Source: Candidatus Marinacidobacterales bacterium
GTDB taxonomy: Bacteria; Acidobacteriota; Vicinamibacteria; Marinacidobacterales; SMYC01
Assembly (NCBI GenBank): GCA_965237955.1
Contig: OZ250169.1
Coordinates: forward strand, 4,544,001-4,608,000
DNA: 64,000 nt
Direction: 5' to 3'
This document shows, one piece after another, positions 33,769-46,744 of this stretch (the stretch's first letter is position 1; every line of letters begins with the position of its first letter). The notes below the pieces were generated by a model. The model searched no databases. It saw only the letters and a list, made by a program, of their open reading frames with translations, and was not told the DNA's origin. The translations under genes were made by a program, and so were the position numbers.

Positions 33769-35418
33769 GTGCTGATGGCGACGAAACAGCGAGCGAGAAC
33801 CGAAGAAACACTCGATCCCAAGCTGGTCCTATCGAGTGAGAGTCTGAAGGCCGACCCCGACCCGGACCGGTTGCTGTCGATTTACGGGATCGGACGACAG
33901 CTTCTAGAGCAGCGCGAGCCCCGTGAAGTCATCCGTACTATCCATCACGCGTTGATCGAGCACCTCCAACCGGATCACGCGGCGGTGCTCAGCATCTCGC
34001 GTACCGGGGCCATGAAGCCGCTCGCGTCACACCGCCTCGATCTCACCGGGCCGGAGCGCCAGTGGCAGCTCAGCCACACCGCGTGCCGCAAGGCGAAGGA
34101 GTCCGGCCTCGCGGTCCTCATGACGGATCAGTTCGACGACCTCAGCGTCAAGGATGCCGAAAGCGTCCACATCTTGAGCATTCGGTCCATCATTTGCGTT
34201 CCGTTAGCACAAAATCCGGTGCGCGGTTTGATCTATCTCGACAATCGTGGTGGCCGGCGCATGTTCAGCCGCGAGGATCTCGAGTTCGTGACCGCGCTGT
34301 CCCTCTATACGGCGATCCTGGTGCAGCGCACGCGGGAGTATGTAAAGAACAGCGACGCGCTCAAAAGCAGCAACGAGCGCCTGAGCTTGTTAGAGGACGA
34401 GCTTTTGCGCTACCAGCTCGTCGGGCGCTCGCCCAAGCTGCTGTCCGCGTTCGACCAGGTCAGGCGGCTCGCGGCAGCCGGGGCGAGCGTGATTCTGCGT
34501 GGCGAGACCGGCACTGGTAAGGAGCTGTTCGCGCGCGCGTACGCCGATAACAGCGATCGCCGCGGCAAACCCTACGTTCCCGTACCCATCCCCGCGCTTG
34601 CGCCGACGGTGATCGAATCCGAGCTTTTCGGGCACGTGAAAGGTGCCTTCACCGAAGCGAAGCAAGACAAGAAAGGCCGCCTCGAGGTCGCCCACGGCGG
34701 TGTGCTCTTTCTCGACGAGGTCGGCGACATCGAGCTCGCGCTGCAAACGAAGCTCCTTCGGTTTCTGGATTCTGGCGAGCTGTACCGTGTCGGGGACACG
34801 AGACCGCGCTACGTAGATGCGTACGTCGTGTCGGCCACGAATCGGCCGCTCGAAAAGCTGGTTGAAGAAGGCCGGTTCCGAGTCGACCTACTCGCTCGGC
34901 TCGGCCAGACCGTGAACCTGCCGGCACTCCGCGAGCGCCGAGAGGACATCTCGACCCTGGTGGACCATTTCACGTCCATGTTCGATCGCGGCTCGGTCAA
35001 GAAAACGTACGCGCCGGAGACGATGGACCTCTTGGTGAACTATCGTTGGGAGTTCAACGTGCGCCAGCTCAGTCAAGTCATCCAGAGTGTTCTCTGCCTC
35101 TCCGACAACGACGTCATCATACCGGACGACCTCCCCGAGTTCATCCGCGGCGCGCCCACCCGCACTTCGCCCCGCACTTCGAATGACCCGGTCGATGGTG
35201 GCGCCACCGAAGGCTACCGAGACTCGTCGGGCTCGTCGGAAGCGCCGCGGCCGCTGAAGGAGATCATGGAGGAGCACGAGCGCTCGCATATCGTGCGTGC
35301 GCTCGAGTTCACCAAGGGCAACAAGCGCAAAGCGATCGAGCTCCTCAAAATCTCGCCCGACACGTTTTACAAACGGCTAGAGCAGTTCGGGCTGCACAAG
35401 AAGAGTCAGCCCAGCTGA
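33769..35418 (+). CDS. GAF-domain sigma-54-interacting Fis-family regulator
   Basis: GETGTGKE, ESELFGH-KGAFTEA, LFLDEVG, SATNR, C-terminal HTH. Confidence 0.92.
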   Translation: MLMATKQRARTEETLDPKLVLSSESLKADPDPDRLLSIYGIGRQLLEQREPREVIRTIHHALIEHLQPDHAAVLSISRTGAMKPLASHRLDLTGPERQWQLSHTACRKAKESGLAVLMTDQFDDLSVKDAESVHILSIRSIICVPLAQNPVRGLIYLDNRGGRRMFSREDLEFVTALSLYTAILVQRTREYVKNSDALKSSNERLSLLEDELLRYQLVGRSPKLLSAFDQVRRLAAAGASVILRGETGTGKELFARAYADNSDRRGKPYVPVPIPALAPTVIESELFGHVKGAFTEAKQDKKGRLEVAHGGVLFLDEVGDIELALQTKLLRFLDSGELYRVGDTRPRYVDAYVVSATNRPLEKLVEEGRFRVDLLARLGQTVNLPALRERREDISTLVDHFTSMFDRGSVKKTYAPETMDLLVNYRWEFNVRQLSQVIQSVLCLSDNDVIIPDDLPEFIRGAPTRTSPRTSNDPVDGGATEGYRDSSGSSEAPRPLKEIMEEHERSHIVRALEFTKGNKRKAIELLKISPDTFYKRLEQFGLHKKSQPS

Positions 35419-35423
35419 GACTG

Positions 35424-37977
35424 TCAAGACTCGGAGCGGTCGACGCGCACCTCAGCAAGGGCCGGATCATTCAAATACGGCCTCAAGTCCGGGTCGTTCT
35501 CGACGTTGAAGATCGCGCCGCCCCGGATGGCGCGTTCCATGTGGTGGACGGTCGCTTCGCGGTCGCCGCAGATCGAATACGCGATCGCAACGATGAAGTT
35601 GACTTCGGCGAGATCGGAGTTCGGCGGTGCCGCTCGTGATGCTTCGTCGACGGCCTCGTCACAACGTTCGAGACCCGCGAGCCCTGCCGACAGGATCGCT
35701 CTCGCTCGATTGTCGTTGGGGTTCACTTCCAATTGTTGCCGCCACAATTCGTCCGCGCGCGTGTAATATTCCTTCGCGGCGGCATCTAGATCGAGCTGAC
35801 GATAGGTGTCGGCAAGGCCGGTCACGTAATGTGGGTCTTCGAGCCCGGAAATTTCGATAGCCTTGCGGAACTGCTCGAGGGCATCCGTGAATCGGCCCAT
35901 TGAGTAGTACACCACGCCGAGATTGTTGTACGCGGGACCATCGGGGTCGATGCCGATCGCGGCCTGAAGCAGAGGCTCCGCCTGCTCCATCTCACCCGAC
36001 ATAAGGTGCACTGCCGCGAGATTGTTGTAACCGACGTCGCTTTTGGGTCTAAGGCGAATGACTTCGCGGAAGAGCGGTTTGGCGGCGTCGAGCTCATCCG
36101 TCTTCGTGTACAGGTAGAACTCGCCCTTGTCCCGGTAGTTGCCCCAATACCCCGGGCGGAGATCGATCGCGCTCTGATACATCGCCTCGGCGTCATCCAA
36201 ACGCCCGCGCTTTTCGTAGGTGTCTGCGATGAGGCGGACGACGGCGTCGTCGGCAGGGGCGAGCGCGAGCGCCCTCTGAAAGGACACTTCGGCGTCCACC
36301 CGCTTGGCCGCGGCCGAGCAAGACGACACCGAGGGCGAGATGAGTTTCGGCGATTTCGGGGTCGAGCATCACTGCGCGGTCGGCTTCGGCGACGGAACGA
36401 GCGACGAGAGCTGGCTCTCTGGAATCGACGTATAGCTCCCACAGCGCCAGGGCGAGTCCCGCATGCGCTTCGGCGAAGTTCTCCTCGGCGTCGATGGAGC
36501 GGCGGAAGGCTTCCGCTGCGAGCGCGTGGTCCTGCTCGGCCTCCCAACCCCATAGATAAGACCGGCCCTCGAGGTAGTTCTCTCTCGCGACATTGCTCGT
36601 AGGCGTATGTCGGTCGTCGCCCTCCCGTGCACCCAACGAGTCGGCGATCGATGTGGCGACGATGTCTGCCAGATCCAGAGCGTCAAGGGTATCAGGGGTT
36701 CCGGTGGTGAGCTCCTGGGGCCACCCGCGCGCATCGCCGTCGCGGCGCATGAGGCTTACCGTGGCCGTCAGCCCGCTCGCGCCCTCGGCCAACTCCGCTC
36801 GCACGATCCACTCGACGTCGAGCTGCTCGGCAACCACCCCAGGATCCTCGTCCCACGGGAAGGTCCTGCTGATAGAGAACGGCGTCACGTCGAGGCCGAC
36901 GAAGTCTCTCAATCGGTCGCTCACAGCGAGTGGCCCGATTTGGCCGACGTTGGTAGCTCCTATTACCGCTTCGTCGCCCCACGGTAGGACGGCAATCGTG
37001 TGTTTCCGCGGCCATAGGATTGCGGCGATGATGACCGCGACCGCGACCAACGCGGCAGCTGTGCCGATGCGCTTGGCGCGTTTGGGTTTCACGACGAATC
37101 GTTCGTACGTCGACGACTCGATCTGGACCCGCGCGCGCTTGAGCTCCTGGACCAGCTCTCTCGTGTCTTCGTACCGCTCGTCCGCTTCTTTCTTCAGGCA
37201 ACGATCGAGTATCGGTTGGAGGCGGCTTGCCACATCGGGCCTCACCGACTCGGAGAGCTCTGCCGCCGGGGAATGGATGATGGCATGCGCGGTCTCGAGG
37301 GTGCTGTCCCGCAGGAAAGGATTTTTTCCCGAGAGCATCTCGTGCAAAAGCACTCCGAAGCTGAAGATGTCGCAACGGTGATCGAGCGGCAGGCCACGGG
37401 CCTGCTCCGGTGCCATGTAGGACAGCGTGCCTTTTATGGCGTCCGAGCGGCTCGGGGCGCGCTCCGTGGTGTCATCACCGAACTCTTCGAAGACGGGCAG
37501 CGGCTGCATGAGCTTCGCCAAGCCGAAATCGATGATCTTGATGTGCCCTTCGTCGGTGACCATTACGTTCCCGGGCTTGAGGTCGCGATGGATGATGCCT
37601 TTGTCGTGTGCGAACGCGAGAGCTTCGCTGATCTCGAGCGCGTACTCGACGATGGTTTAGGGATCGAGTGAGCCTTGGAAGATCAAATCGGTGAGCTCGC
37701 GTCCGCGGATGAACTCCATCGCGATGAAGGTAAAGCCGTCGGCCTCTGCGATTTCGAAGATCGTGGCGATGTAGGGGTGTTCGAGTGCAGCGGTCGCCTT
37801 CGCTTCTTGAACGAAGCGCTTTCGACTATCAGGGTCTGATGTAACGAGTGATTGCGGGAGAACTTTGATTGCGAGCTCGCGACTGAGCTGAGTATCCCAC
37901 GCGCGGTAGACCTCCCCCATTCCGCCACGGCGGATCTCTTCGATAATTTTGTAGTGCGAAAGGGTATTGCCGATCAA
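35424..37977 (-). pseudogene. Ser/Thr protein kinase with TM and TPR repeats; in-frame stop and frameshift
   Basis: [27 protein letters not shown]; TAA at 37657-37659; one extra base at ~36300. Confidence 0.9.
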
Positions 37978-38342
37978 AGCTTCCCGCCTCTGACTCGTGC
38001 CTGTAACGAACTTTTAGATTGTACGGCGAGCTTGAATGCGGTTCAAATGCTCGAGTACCGGATGGCGCAAGGTTCCGGCCACTCACGTTCCCGCAGATGG
38101 TGGCGGTTTTTCGAGCTTTGCGGGAGCGGGAGCTCACCGCTCGCGCGCGGCCCAACCGAGCCCCTCTTCCGCAAGGCTCTCAACCACACCATGATGGCGT
38201 GTCCTCGTGGATAGACGGACGGGAACTGCAAAATCCCAGGAACGCGTGAACCGATCGGCTGGCGCGGGAGTACCTACCATCCGGTGTCGGTTACGAAGCG
38301 TTCTTTTGTAATAATGGTGGTAACGGTCCAGGAGGGCTTGTC

Positions 38343-38909
38343 GTGGAACACGCTTTGAGCATTTGCCTTGGTTTGGGGCTCGCGGCCGCTGCGGGGTTTC
38401 GGATTTTCGTCCCGCTTCTGGTGATGAGTGTTGCCGCCTACACGGGGCACCTCGAGCTCGGGCAAGGCTTCCGCTGGATCGGCACGCTGCCGGCGCTGGT
38501 CGCGTTCTCGACGGCCACATTTCTCGAGATCGGCGCGTACTACATACCTTGGCTCGACAACCTGCTGGACACCGTCTCCGGCCCATCGGCGGTCGTGGCC
38601 GGCTCGGTCATCGCCGCCGCGACGTTCACGGAGATGGATCCGCTGTTGAAATGGAGCCTCGCGATCATCGGCGGCGGTGGGCTCGCAGGGATTGTGAAAG
38701 GAACGACCACACTCGCGCGCGGCACATCCACGGCGATGACCGGTGGGTTGGCGAACTGGATGCTGTCATCGTTCGAGGCCGGAGCCTCGTTGCTCCTTTC
38801 GACGTTCGCGATTCTCCTGCCGTTGGTGGCGATGGTATTCGTCGTGTTCCTCGTGTACGTCGCCGCAAAAAAACTCTTCGGCTGGCTCGGCGAAAGCCGG
38901 GAAGCCTGA
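38343..38909 (+). CDS. DUF4126 family membrane protein
   Basis: GLGLAAAAGFRIFVPLL, EI-AYYIPWLDNLLD, TGGLAN. Confidence 0.88.
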   Translation: MEHALSICLGLGLAAAAGFRIFVPLLVMSVAAYTGHLELGQGFRWIGTLPALVAFSTATFLEIGAYYIPWLDNLLDTVSGPSAVVAGSVIAAATFTEMDPLLKWSLAIIGGGGLAGIVKGTTTLARGTSTAMTGGLANWMLSSFEAGASLLLSTFAILLPLVAMVFVVFLVYVAAKKLFGWLGESREA

Positions 38910-39000
38910 CCCACGAAGTTGGTAAGAGTGGAGAGCCGCTGCGCGGAAGAGCACCTCGTACCGATTCTCTTTTTTTCGACCTTGAGCCCCAGCGTTGTTT

Positions 39001-39079
39001 TTCTCTGTGAATCTCTGCGTCCTCTGCGCCTCTGCGGTGATTCTTGGTTGCGGCATCGTTGCGCGGTACCTCTGTGGCC
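39001..39079. repeat. CTCTG(C/T)G tandem units plus dispersed repeat copy 2
   Basis: CTCTGTGAATCTCTGCGTCCTCTGCGCCTCTGCGGTGA followed by a sequence matching 4609-4647. Confidence 0.55.
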
Positions 39080-39132
39080 ATCTTTTGGTCGTTTGGCCGC
39101 AGCCCGCGCCAGGGTTTCTTTGGGTCGCTCGT

Positions 39133-39405
39133 TCAGCGACGCTCTGTCTTCACGATCGCGACGAGCTTGGCTTCGATGGCGCTACAGGGAACGAAGAACG
39201 GTTTCTCGGACACCTCGACCCAGATTGTGTTCTTGTCGATAGTGTAGGAGCCCTCGAACGCGCCGACCGGCGTCGGCAGGGAAAAGTGACCCACCGCGGG
39301 CGAGCCTTCGAAGTGGCCGCCGGCGTCGGTCATCTTCGCTCGGATTTTCTCGACGAGAGCGGTACCCGAGCCGGGGAACTCGAACTGGAATCGGCACTGA
39401 GACAA
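39133..39405 (-). CDS. Small hypothetical protein
   Basis: 90 aa, ends KPFFVPCSAIEAKL; coupled to upstream ORF. Confidence 0.7.
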   Translation of the reverse strand: MSQCRFQFEFPGSGTALVEKIRAKMTDAGGHFEGSPAVGHFSLPTPVGAFEGSYTIDKNTIWVEVSEKPFFVPCSAIEAKLVAIVKTERR

Positions 39406-39624
39406 TTAGTTCTTGTCTCGTTTTTTTCGAGGTCTCTCGGCGGTAGCGAGGAGTTTCTCGATGTCGGTGGCGGGCAGGGTGCGAGAGCCAACCTCGCTCA
39501 GGAGTTCGTCGTCGCTGAGCTGCATCAAGCGCACGTGGCGCTTTTCCAAGTGGCTTATGAGACGTCGAACACGCCGTTTCAAACGGTCCAGCTCACGGTC
39601 GATATCCTTGAGCTCGTCCAGCAT
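39406..39624 (-). CDS. Small coiled-coil hypothetical protein
   Basis: 72 aa; GGAGG RBS. Confidence 0.65.
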   Translation of the reverse strand: MLDELKDIDRELDRLKRRVRRLISHLEKRHVRLMQLSDDELLSEVGSRTLPATDIEKLLATAERPRKKRDKN

Positions 39625-39719
39625 CCTTCTGCCTCCGGCTGTCTTGAATTACGTGGAACAACTTATTCTACCGTACGGACGTGCGCATGTCTTCGCCTCG
39701 ACGTAGAATGTGCGCTCTG

Positions 39720-41476
39720 ATGAGCCACACTATCTTTTCTCCCCTCCTCGTTATCGCGCTCGCGATGGCGTCCGCGCCCGCCGAGGCCCAAAAAGAAACG
39801 CTCGATGCGCTGTTCGAGGAGACGTGGGCGTTTCGACTGCAAGAAGACCCGCTCCGTGCCACGTCCGTAGGGGAGCACGCGTACGGCGACCGCCTGCCGG
39901 GGGTCACCGCGGAGGATCAACGCCGTCGCGACGAGTACTACCATGGCGTCCTGGCGCGGCTGGACGCCATCGATCGCGATGGGCTCAGTGGTTCCGATCG
40001 CCTCAACTACGATATGTTCCAGCTGAACCGAAACACGACGACGTCCAGGAATTCGAGTTCAAGGGATACCTCCTGCCCATCAACGCCGACTCCGGCTTTC
40101 ATATCGGTTTCTCGCGTCTGCCGAGCCGGGTACCGCTGGCGACGGTCGCGGATTACGAAAACTACATCGAGCGCTTGAAGCTGGCCCGCGGCTACATTGG
40201 AGAGCATATCGAGTTGATGCGGGAGGGGATTCGCATCGGTATGACGGTCCCGCAGGTCGTGCTTTCCGGTTACGAGGTCACCATCGAGAGCCACGTAGTC
40301 GACGGGGCCGAAGCGAGTGTTTTTTTCGCGCCGTTCGAATCGTTTCCAACCACCGTGCCACAGGCGGAGCAGGATCGACTTCGAACCGCCGGTGCTGCGG
40401 CCATCATCGAATCCGTGGTCCCGGGCTACAGCGACTTTCTCGAGTTCATGACCGAGGACTACATCCCGGGCGCGCGCGACACGATTGGAGCATCGGAGCT
40501 ACCCAATGGCCGCGCGTACTACGCCTACCTCGTCGGGCACTTTACGACGATGGACGTCACCCCCGATGACGTGCACCAGATCGGTCTCGAGGAGGTCGCT
40601 CGCATTCGTCGAGAGATGGACGATGTGATCGAGGAAGTCGGTTTCGAAGGCGACTTCGCGGCGTTTCTCGCGTTCTTGCGCACCGACCCGCAATTCTACC
40701 CCGAGAGCCCGGAGGAGCTTTTGAAAGAAGCCTCCTTCATCGCCAAGAAGATGGACGGTATGCTGCCGTCGCTTTTCAAAACGCTCCCCCGGCAGCCGTA
40801 TCGGGTCGCGCCGGTTCCGGACCACATCGCGCCGAAATACACCGCGGGACGCTACGTGGGCGCGCCGATCGACAGCACCGAACCCGGGACGTATTGGGTC
40901 AACACGTACAAGCTCGATAGCCGTACGCTCTACACGCTCGAAGCGTTGACGCTTCATGAGGCGGTTCCGGGTCACCACTTGCAGAACGCGCTTCGCCAGG
41001 AGTTGACCGAGCTTCCCGAGTTTCGGCGCTACTCCGGTATCGGAGCGTACGGCGAAGGGTGGGGACTGTACTCCGAGCGACTCGGGCTCGAGGCGGGTTT
41101 CTACGAAGATCCCTACAGTAATTTCGGACGTCTCACCTACGAGATGTGGCGGGCGTGCCGTCTCGTCGTCGATACCGGGCTCCACGCCAAGGGCTGGACA
41201 CGCCGCCAAGCCATCGACTACCTTGCGTCGCACACCGCGCTCTCGCTTCACGAAATCTCGACCGAGACCGATCGATACATCTCGTGGCCCGGGCAAGCGC
41301 TCGGTTACAAGATGGGTGAGCTCAAGATTCGGGAGCTTCGCGAGCGTGCCGAGAACGTCCTCGGTAAGGACTTCGATGTGCGCGCGTTCCACGATGTCAT
41401 CTTGTTGAACGGCCCGGTGCCGTTACCGATCCTCGATGATCTCGTGACCGCGTGGATCGAGCGCACCGAGCACTAG
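39720..41476 (+). pseudogene. DUF885 family exported protein, frameshifted by an IS-end scar
   Basis: HEAVPGHHLQ, EGWGLYSE, RLVVDTGLH, PGQALGYKMG; frame break at 40014-40035. Confidence 0.9.
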
Positions 41477-41744
41477 GCGCTTTCGCCGGGCTGGATTCGC
41501 CCTGGCCGCGTGTCTGATATGCTTTTCAGCGTCACGCGAGTCCACACCTTAGGGTCCGGGCAAGAATAAATGCCCATTCTTGGGCGGCGCCCGTATGGCA
41601 AGGCGCGAGAAGTGAATAATATCTAGATATATGACCGACGAGCAACGCAGCCAGACGGGATGGATCGGCGTCCAAGAATGGGTAGTTATTCTTGCCCGGG
41701 CCCTTAGGTCGACTCGGGCGGGTGGCGACTATCGGAGTTTTGAT

Positions 41745-42086
41745 ATGAAAATTGAAGAGCATCACGAAGCAAACAACGTGGTAATCCTCGACCTGCAAGG
41801 TAAGCTCATGATCGGCGACGGCGACATCTTGCTCCGGGAAAAGGTCGAGGGTCTGGTGGAAGCGGGGCACCGGAGAATCGTCCTCGACCTCGCCGACGTT
41901 CCGTACGTCGATAGCGCCGGATTAGGAGAGATCGTCCGCTGTTACACGACGCTGTCGCGCAAGAACGGCCGGCTGAAATTGCGAAATCCGAGCAAGAGAA
42001 TCCAAGATCTGCTGAAGGTGACGAAGCTCCTCAAGTTCTTCGGCGACGACGACGAGTGGCCAGAGGGGAGCGGGTCCGAGCACTAA
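41745..42086 (+). CDS. STAS domain anti-sigma factor antagonist
   Basis: LDLADVPYVDSAGLGEIV. Confidence 0.92.
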   Translation: MKIEEHHEANNVVILDLQGKLMIGDGDILLREKVEGLVEAGHRRIVLDLADVPYVDSAGLGEIVRCYTTLSRKNGRLKLRNPSKRIQDLLKVTKLLKFFGDDDEWPEGSGSEH

Positions 42087-43080
42087 TCCAGCGTGTCCCG
42101 GTAGTTCACTCTAAGCTCACGGTTTATGTTTCGGATCCGGTCCGTGGGCCTCGAGTGGCTTCCGAAGAGGAAGGTCGACATCGTGTCTTGCTCGCCGTAC
42201 TTTTCGCGGAATTTCTTCCACAGCTCCGGGCCTTGGGATACGTCGAAGCCGGCTTCGTACGCGTAGCGAAGACCGACGCGGTCGGCTTGGTCTTCCATCT
42301 CGCGGCTGTAGCCGCTTTGCCATGCGGAGATTCCGAGCGAAGCGCCCAGCCCGGCGGCAGAGCGTCCCGCGCCACTATCGATTGCGCCCGCTCCGACCGC
42401 TCCAGCGACGCCCGCGATTTGACCCCACATGTTCTTCTTCATGCCACGCCGTGAGTGCTCGTGGGTGTAATGAGCGAGCTCGTGGCCGAGAATGATCGCG
42501 ATCTCGTCGTCGCTCATGTCGTTCACGAGACCGGTGTACACCCAAATCGCGCCGTTACCCATGGCCGATGCGTTCCACTGTTTCGTTTTGTTGAAGCTCC
42601 TTCCGCCATACGTCGAAGCCGACGACGTGCGGGTTCACGTCGTCGAAAGATGCCGCGGACGCGTTCGACCTCGGGGCCGCTGTCCAGGATGTCACCCACG
42701 CTTCGGCGCCGTCGGCCATCTTCCATGTACATCTCACCCGCGTCGACCCACATCTTCTCGATCCGGTTGGTCGCGCTCACGACTTCGGACTCGTACATGG
42801 CGCTGCCGTTCGGCTTGGCCTCGATTTTGGTGGCGCGCACCATGCCGCTTGGCTGGCGCCGGCCCTCGACTTTGACCTCATGGCCGAGCGGAATACTCGC
42901 GAGCGTGCGGATGCCGTCGCCTTTGAACCTCGTGTCGTTGAGCGCGTACACGCGCTGGCCTTCGACGACGAGGAGTCCGCCCTCGTTGTATTCCGCGTAT
43001 CCGTCGAGCTTGACCCTCGGACCGTCTTCCGCGGCCCCAAGGAATGTGACCAGGCTCAAGATGCAGATAGAACGCAGCAT
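42083..43080 (-). pseudogene. M48 family metallopeptidase with N-terminal beta domain, disrupted by a 61-bp internal inversion
   Basis: HELAH, YSREMEDQAD, SH motifs; segment LLKLLPPYVEADDVRVHVVE is on the + strand at 42588-42648; start approximate. Confidence 0.85.
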
Positions 43081-43412
43081 GATCAATTTGGCGTCCTTCC
43101 CGGCGGCGATGTACCCATGATAGACAAAAACGCACGCGGACTCCAGAAAAGAGGTTAGCATGGAGTATGGACGCTTTCGAACCCGCTGGCGTGAAACCCG
43201 AGATCTCGTACGACGAGCTCCCCGCGCCGGCTGAGCCCTCCCCCGACACCCTATCAGGGATGGCCACAGAGTCGCAGCGACCGCGCTTTTCGACACGTAC
43301 CGCGACGAGCTCGCCGCGTTCGAGCCAGACGGGCTTCAGTACTGGATCAAGGCCGTGGACGACTCGCTGCCGTGGCCTTGAGTGAACCGCCCCGGGAATC
43401 CCGGAGACTGTT

Positions 43413-44647
<1,235 letters not shown>

Positions 44648-44697
44648 GACTCCATCCTCTCAAGAGTTGGAGTCTCCGGAAAAGCCGGGGCGGTTCA

Positions 44698-45976
44698 CAG
44701 ATACTGCTACCGATGATAGCTGGGATCGCGGCCACGAAGGCGGATCTGACGGAATGGGTGTACGAGCAAGGACTGACAGCTCTGCACCTACTGCTCAGAG
44801 AGGACGCCGAGGAGATCGCGGGGCTCAAGGGCAAGCACGAGAAGGAGCGAACTCATAACCACTGGGGGAGCACGAACGGAGAGCTGAGCTTCGGTGGTCG
44901 TCGCATCCAAGTGTCGCGACCTCGAGTTCGCTCGAAGTCGGGCGAGGAGGCGTCGCTTCCACACTTCGAAGCCTTCCGCGAAGAAGACCCGCTTCCAGAG
45001 CGAGTGTTGAATCAGATCTTGATGGGGGTATCGACCCGAAATTACGAATCGAGTCTGGACAAACCCGCGGCCAAGTTGAAGTCTCGTGGCACGAGTAAGA
45101 GTGCCGCCAGCCGTCACCTCGTGAGCCAGACGACTAAGAAGCTCGAGGAATACCTGTCTCGGCGGCTAGAGGAGTTCGAGCTTGCGGCACTGATGCTGGA
45201 TGGCCTTGAGGTGGCCGGACAGACCGTCGTCGTAACTCTCGGTATCACAATAGATGGAACGAAGGTGCCCCTGGGTATATGGCTGGGCTCGACGGAGAAC
45301 TCTCGGGTGTGCACCGCGATGTTGCAGGACCTTCTCGAGCGAGGCTTGCGCGTCGATGCGTCGATTCTCTGCGTAGTGGACGGAGGCAAAGGCATCCGCA
45401 AGGCACTCGTCGACGTTTTTGGGGACCTCGCGGTCATCCAAAGGTGCCAGATCCATAAACTCCGAAATCTTCGCTCGTACCTTCCCAAGTCTCGTCACGC
45501 CTACGTGCTCCAGACGATGAAGGAAGCCTACAAGTGCAAGAGTGCCGACAAGGCGCGCAAGCGACTTCAGGCATTGGTGTCGTGGCTCGAGCGAAACGGC
45601 TACGACGAAGCTGCCGGAAGCCTTCGTGAAGGGATGGAAGAGACACTCACGGTCGTGAAGCTCGCGCTGCCCGCCTTACTTCGCCAGTCTCTTGCCACGA
45701 CGAACGCCATTGAGAATCTCAACGGAACCATTCGCAGAGTATCGAGAAACGTCAAGCGTTGGAAGAGTCCTTCCATGGTTCGCCGATGGACCGCTCTTGG
45801 CGTCGTCACCGCGCAGAAAGAGTTCCGGCGTATCAAAGGCTATCGCCATATGGGCGCTCTCGTTCACGCGCTTAGAAGCAAACAGAAATCTCTTGACAGC
45901 GATGAGTTTGCTGCCTAAGAGTATTCACAGGTGCCGCCGCTACCCGACCAAATTCAACAGCGGCCGGGACATCCCC
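44698..45976 (+). mobile_element. IS256 family element, left end truncated by IS3 copy C; transposase 44713-45918
   Basis: GVSTRNY, MLDG, VVDGGKG, QRCQIHK, TTNAIE; right end ...CGGGACATCCCC. Confidence 0.9.
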
Positions 45977-46386
45977 GAGAGTGCGAGTCTAACAGCTAGT
46001 AATCAGCCTAGGGTGGCCGTTCGGCCTGAGAACAAACCCTCGGAACCTGATCCGGTTGATACCGGCGTAGGGAGTGGTAGCTCGTTCTTCCAGTACTTCG
46101 GAAGAACAGCAATCTCGAGCGAGGCGGTCATCTCGAACGCAAGGGAGACTGACGATGTTCGCTACGAGAATCCCCGCCCTCTCGCCCGCCTTGGTGGGTT
46201 GCGTCCGCAACGCCTTGATCCGGGAATGGATTGCTCTACAAGTATTGTGCATTGGAGTATCGGGTGTCCCTTCCATAAACTCGAGCTGTATGAGATTGGC
46301 GAACTTCCGGTGCTTCCGGCTGTTTCGGTTCAGCTGGAACATGACAGTCCTGAAGTTAAAATACGCACATGGAAAAAGGAGCTGTC

Positions 46387-46719
46387 ATGAGCAAAGGTCG
46401 TCGTCGTCACACTGCGGAGCAAAAGGCAGAGCTGTTGCGCCAGCACGTTGCCGAGAAAAAGCCGGTCTCGGAGGTATGCAACGAGGCAGAAATCCAGCCG
46501 AGCCTGTTCTACACATGGCAAAGGGAGCTATTGGCTGGAGCCCATACGGTGTTTTCGTTCCGTCGTGCGCCGAGCCGTGAGAAGGAGCTAGAGGAGAAGC
46601 TCTCCCGTCTCGAGGCGAAGGTGGCCCGTAAGGATCAGATCATCGCTGAGGTGACCGAAGAGTACGTGACACTCAAAAAAAACTTGGGGAAGCCTGAGTG
46701 GTGCCTGGATTCCCCATGA
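46387..46719 (+). CDS. IS3-like transposase OrfA
   Basis: RRRHTAEQK HTH; FYTWQ; coiled coil. Confidence 0.88.
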   Translation: MSKGRRRHTAEQKAELLRQHVAEKKPVSEVCNEAEIQPSLFYTWQRELLAGAHTVFSFRRAPSREKELEEKLSRLEAKVARKDQIIAEVTEEYVTLKKNLGKPEWCLDSP

Positions 46720-46744
46720 CCGTCGTGACGAGGTTGTCGACTTC

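Noticed and set aside
37657-37659. In-frame stop in the kinase as recoding or readthrough
   Set aside because: It is TAA, other genes use standard stops, and the same gene has a separate frameshift; simple nonsense mutation or error
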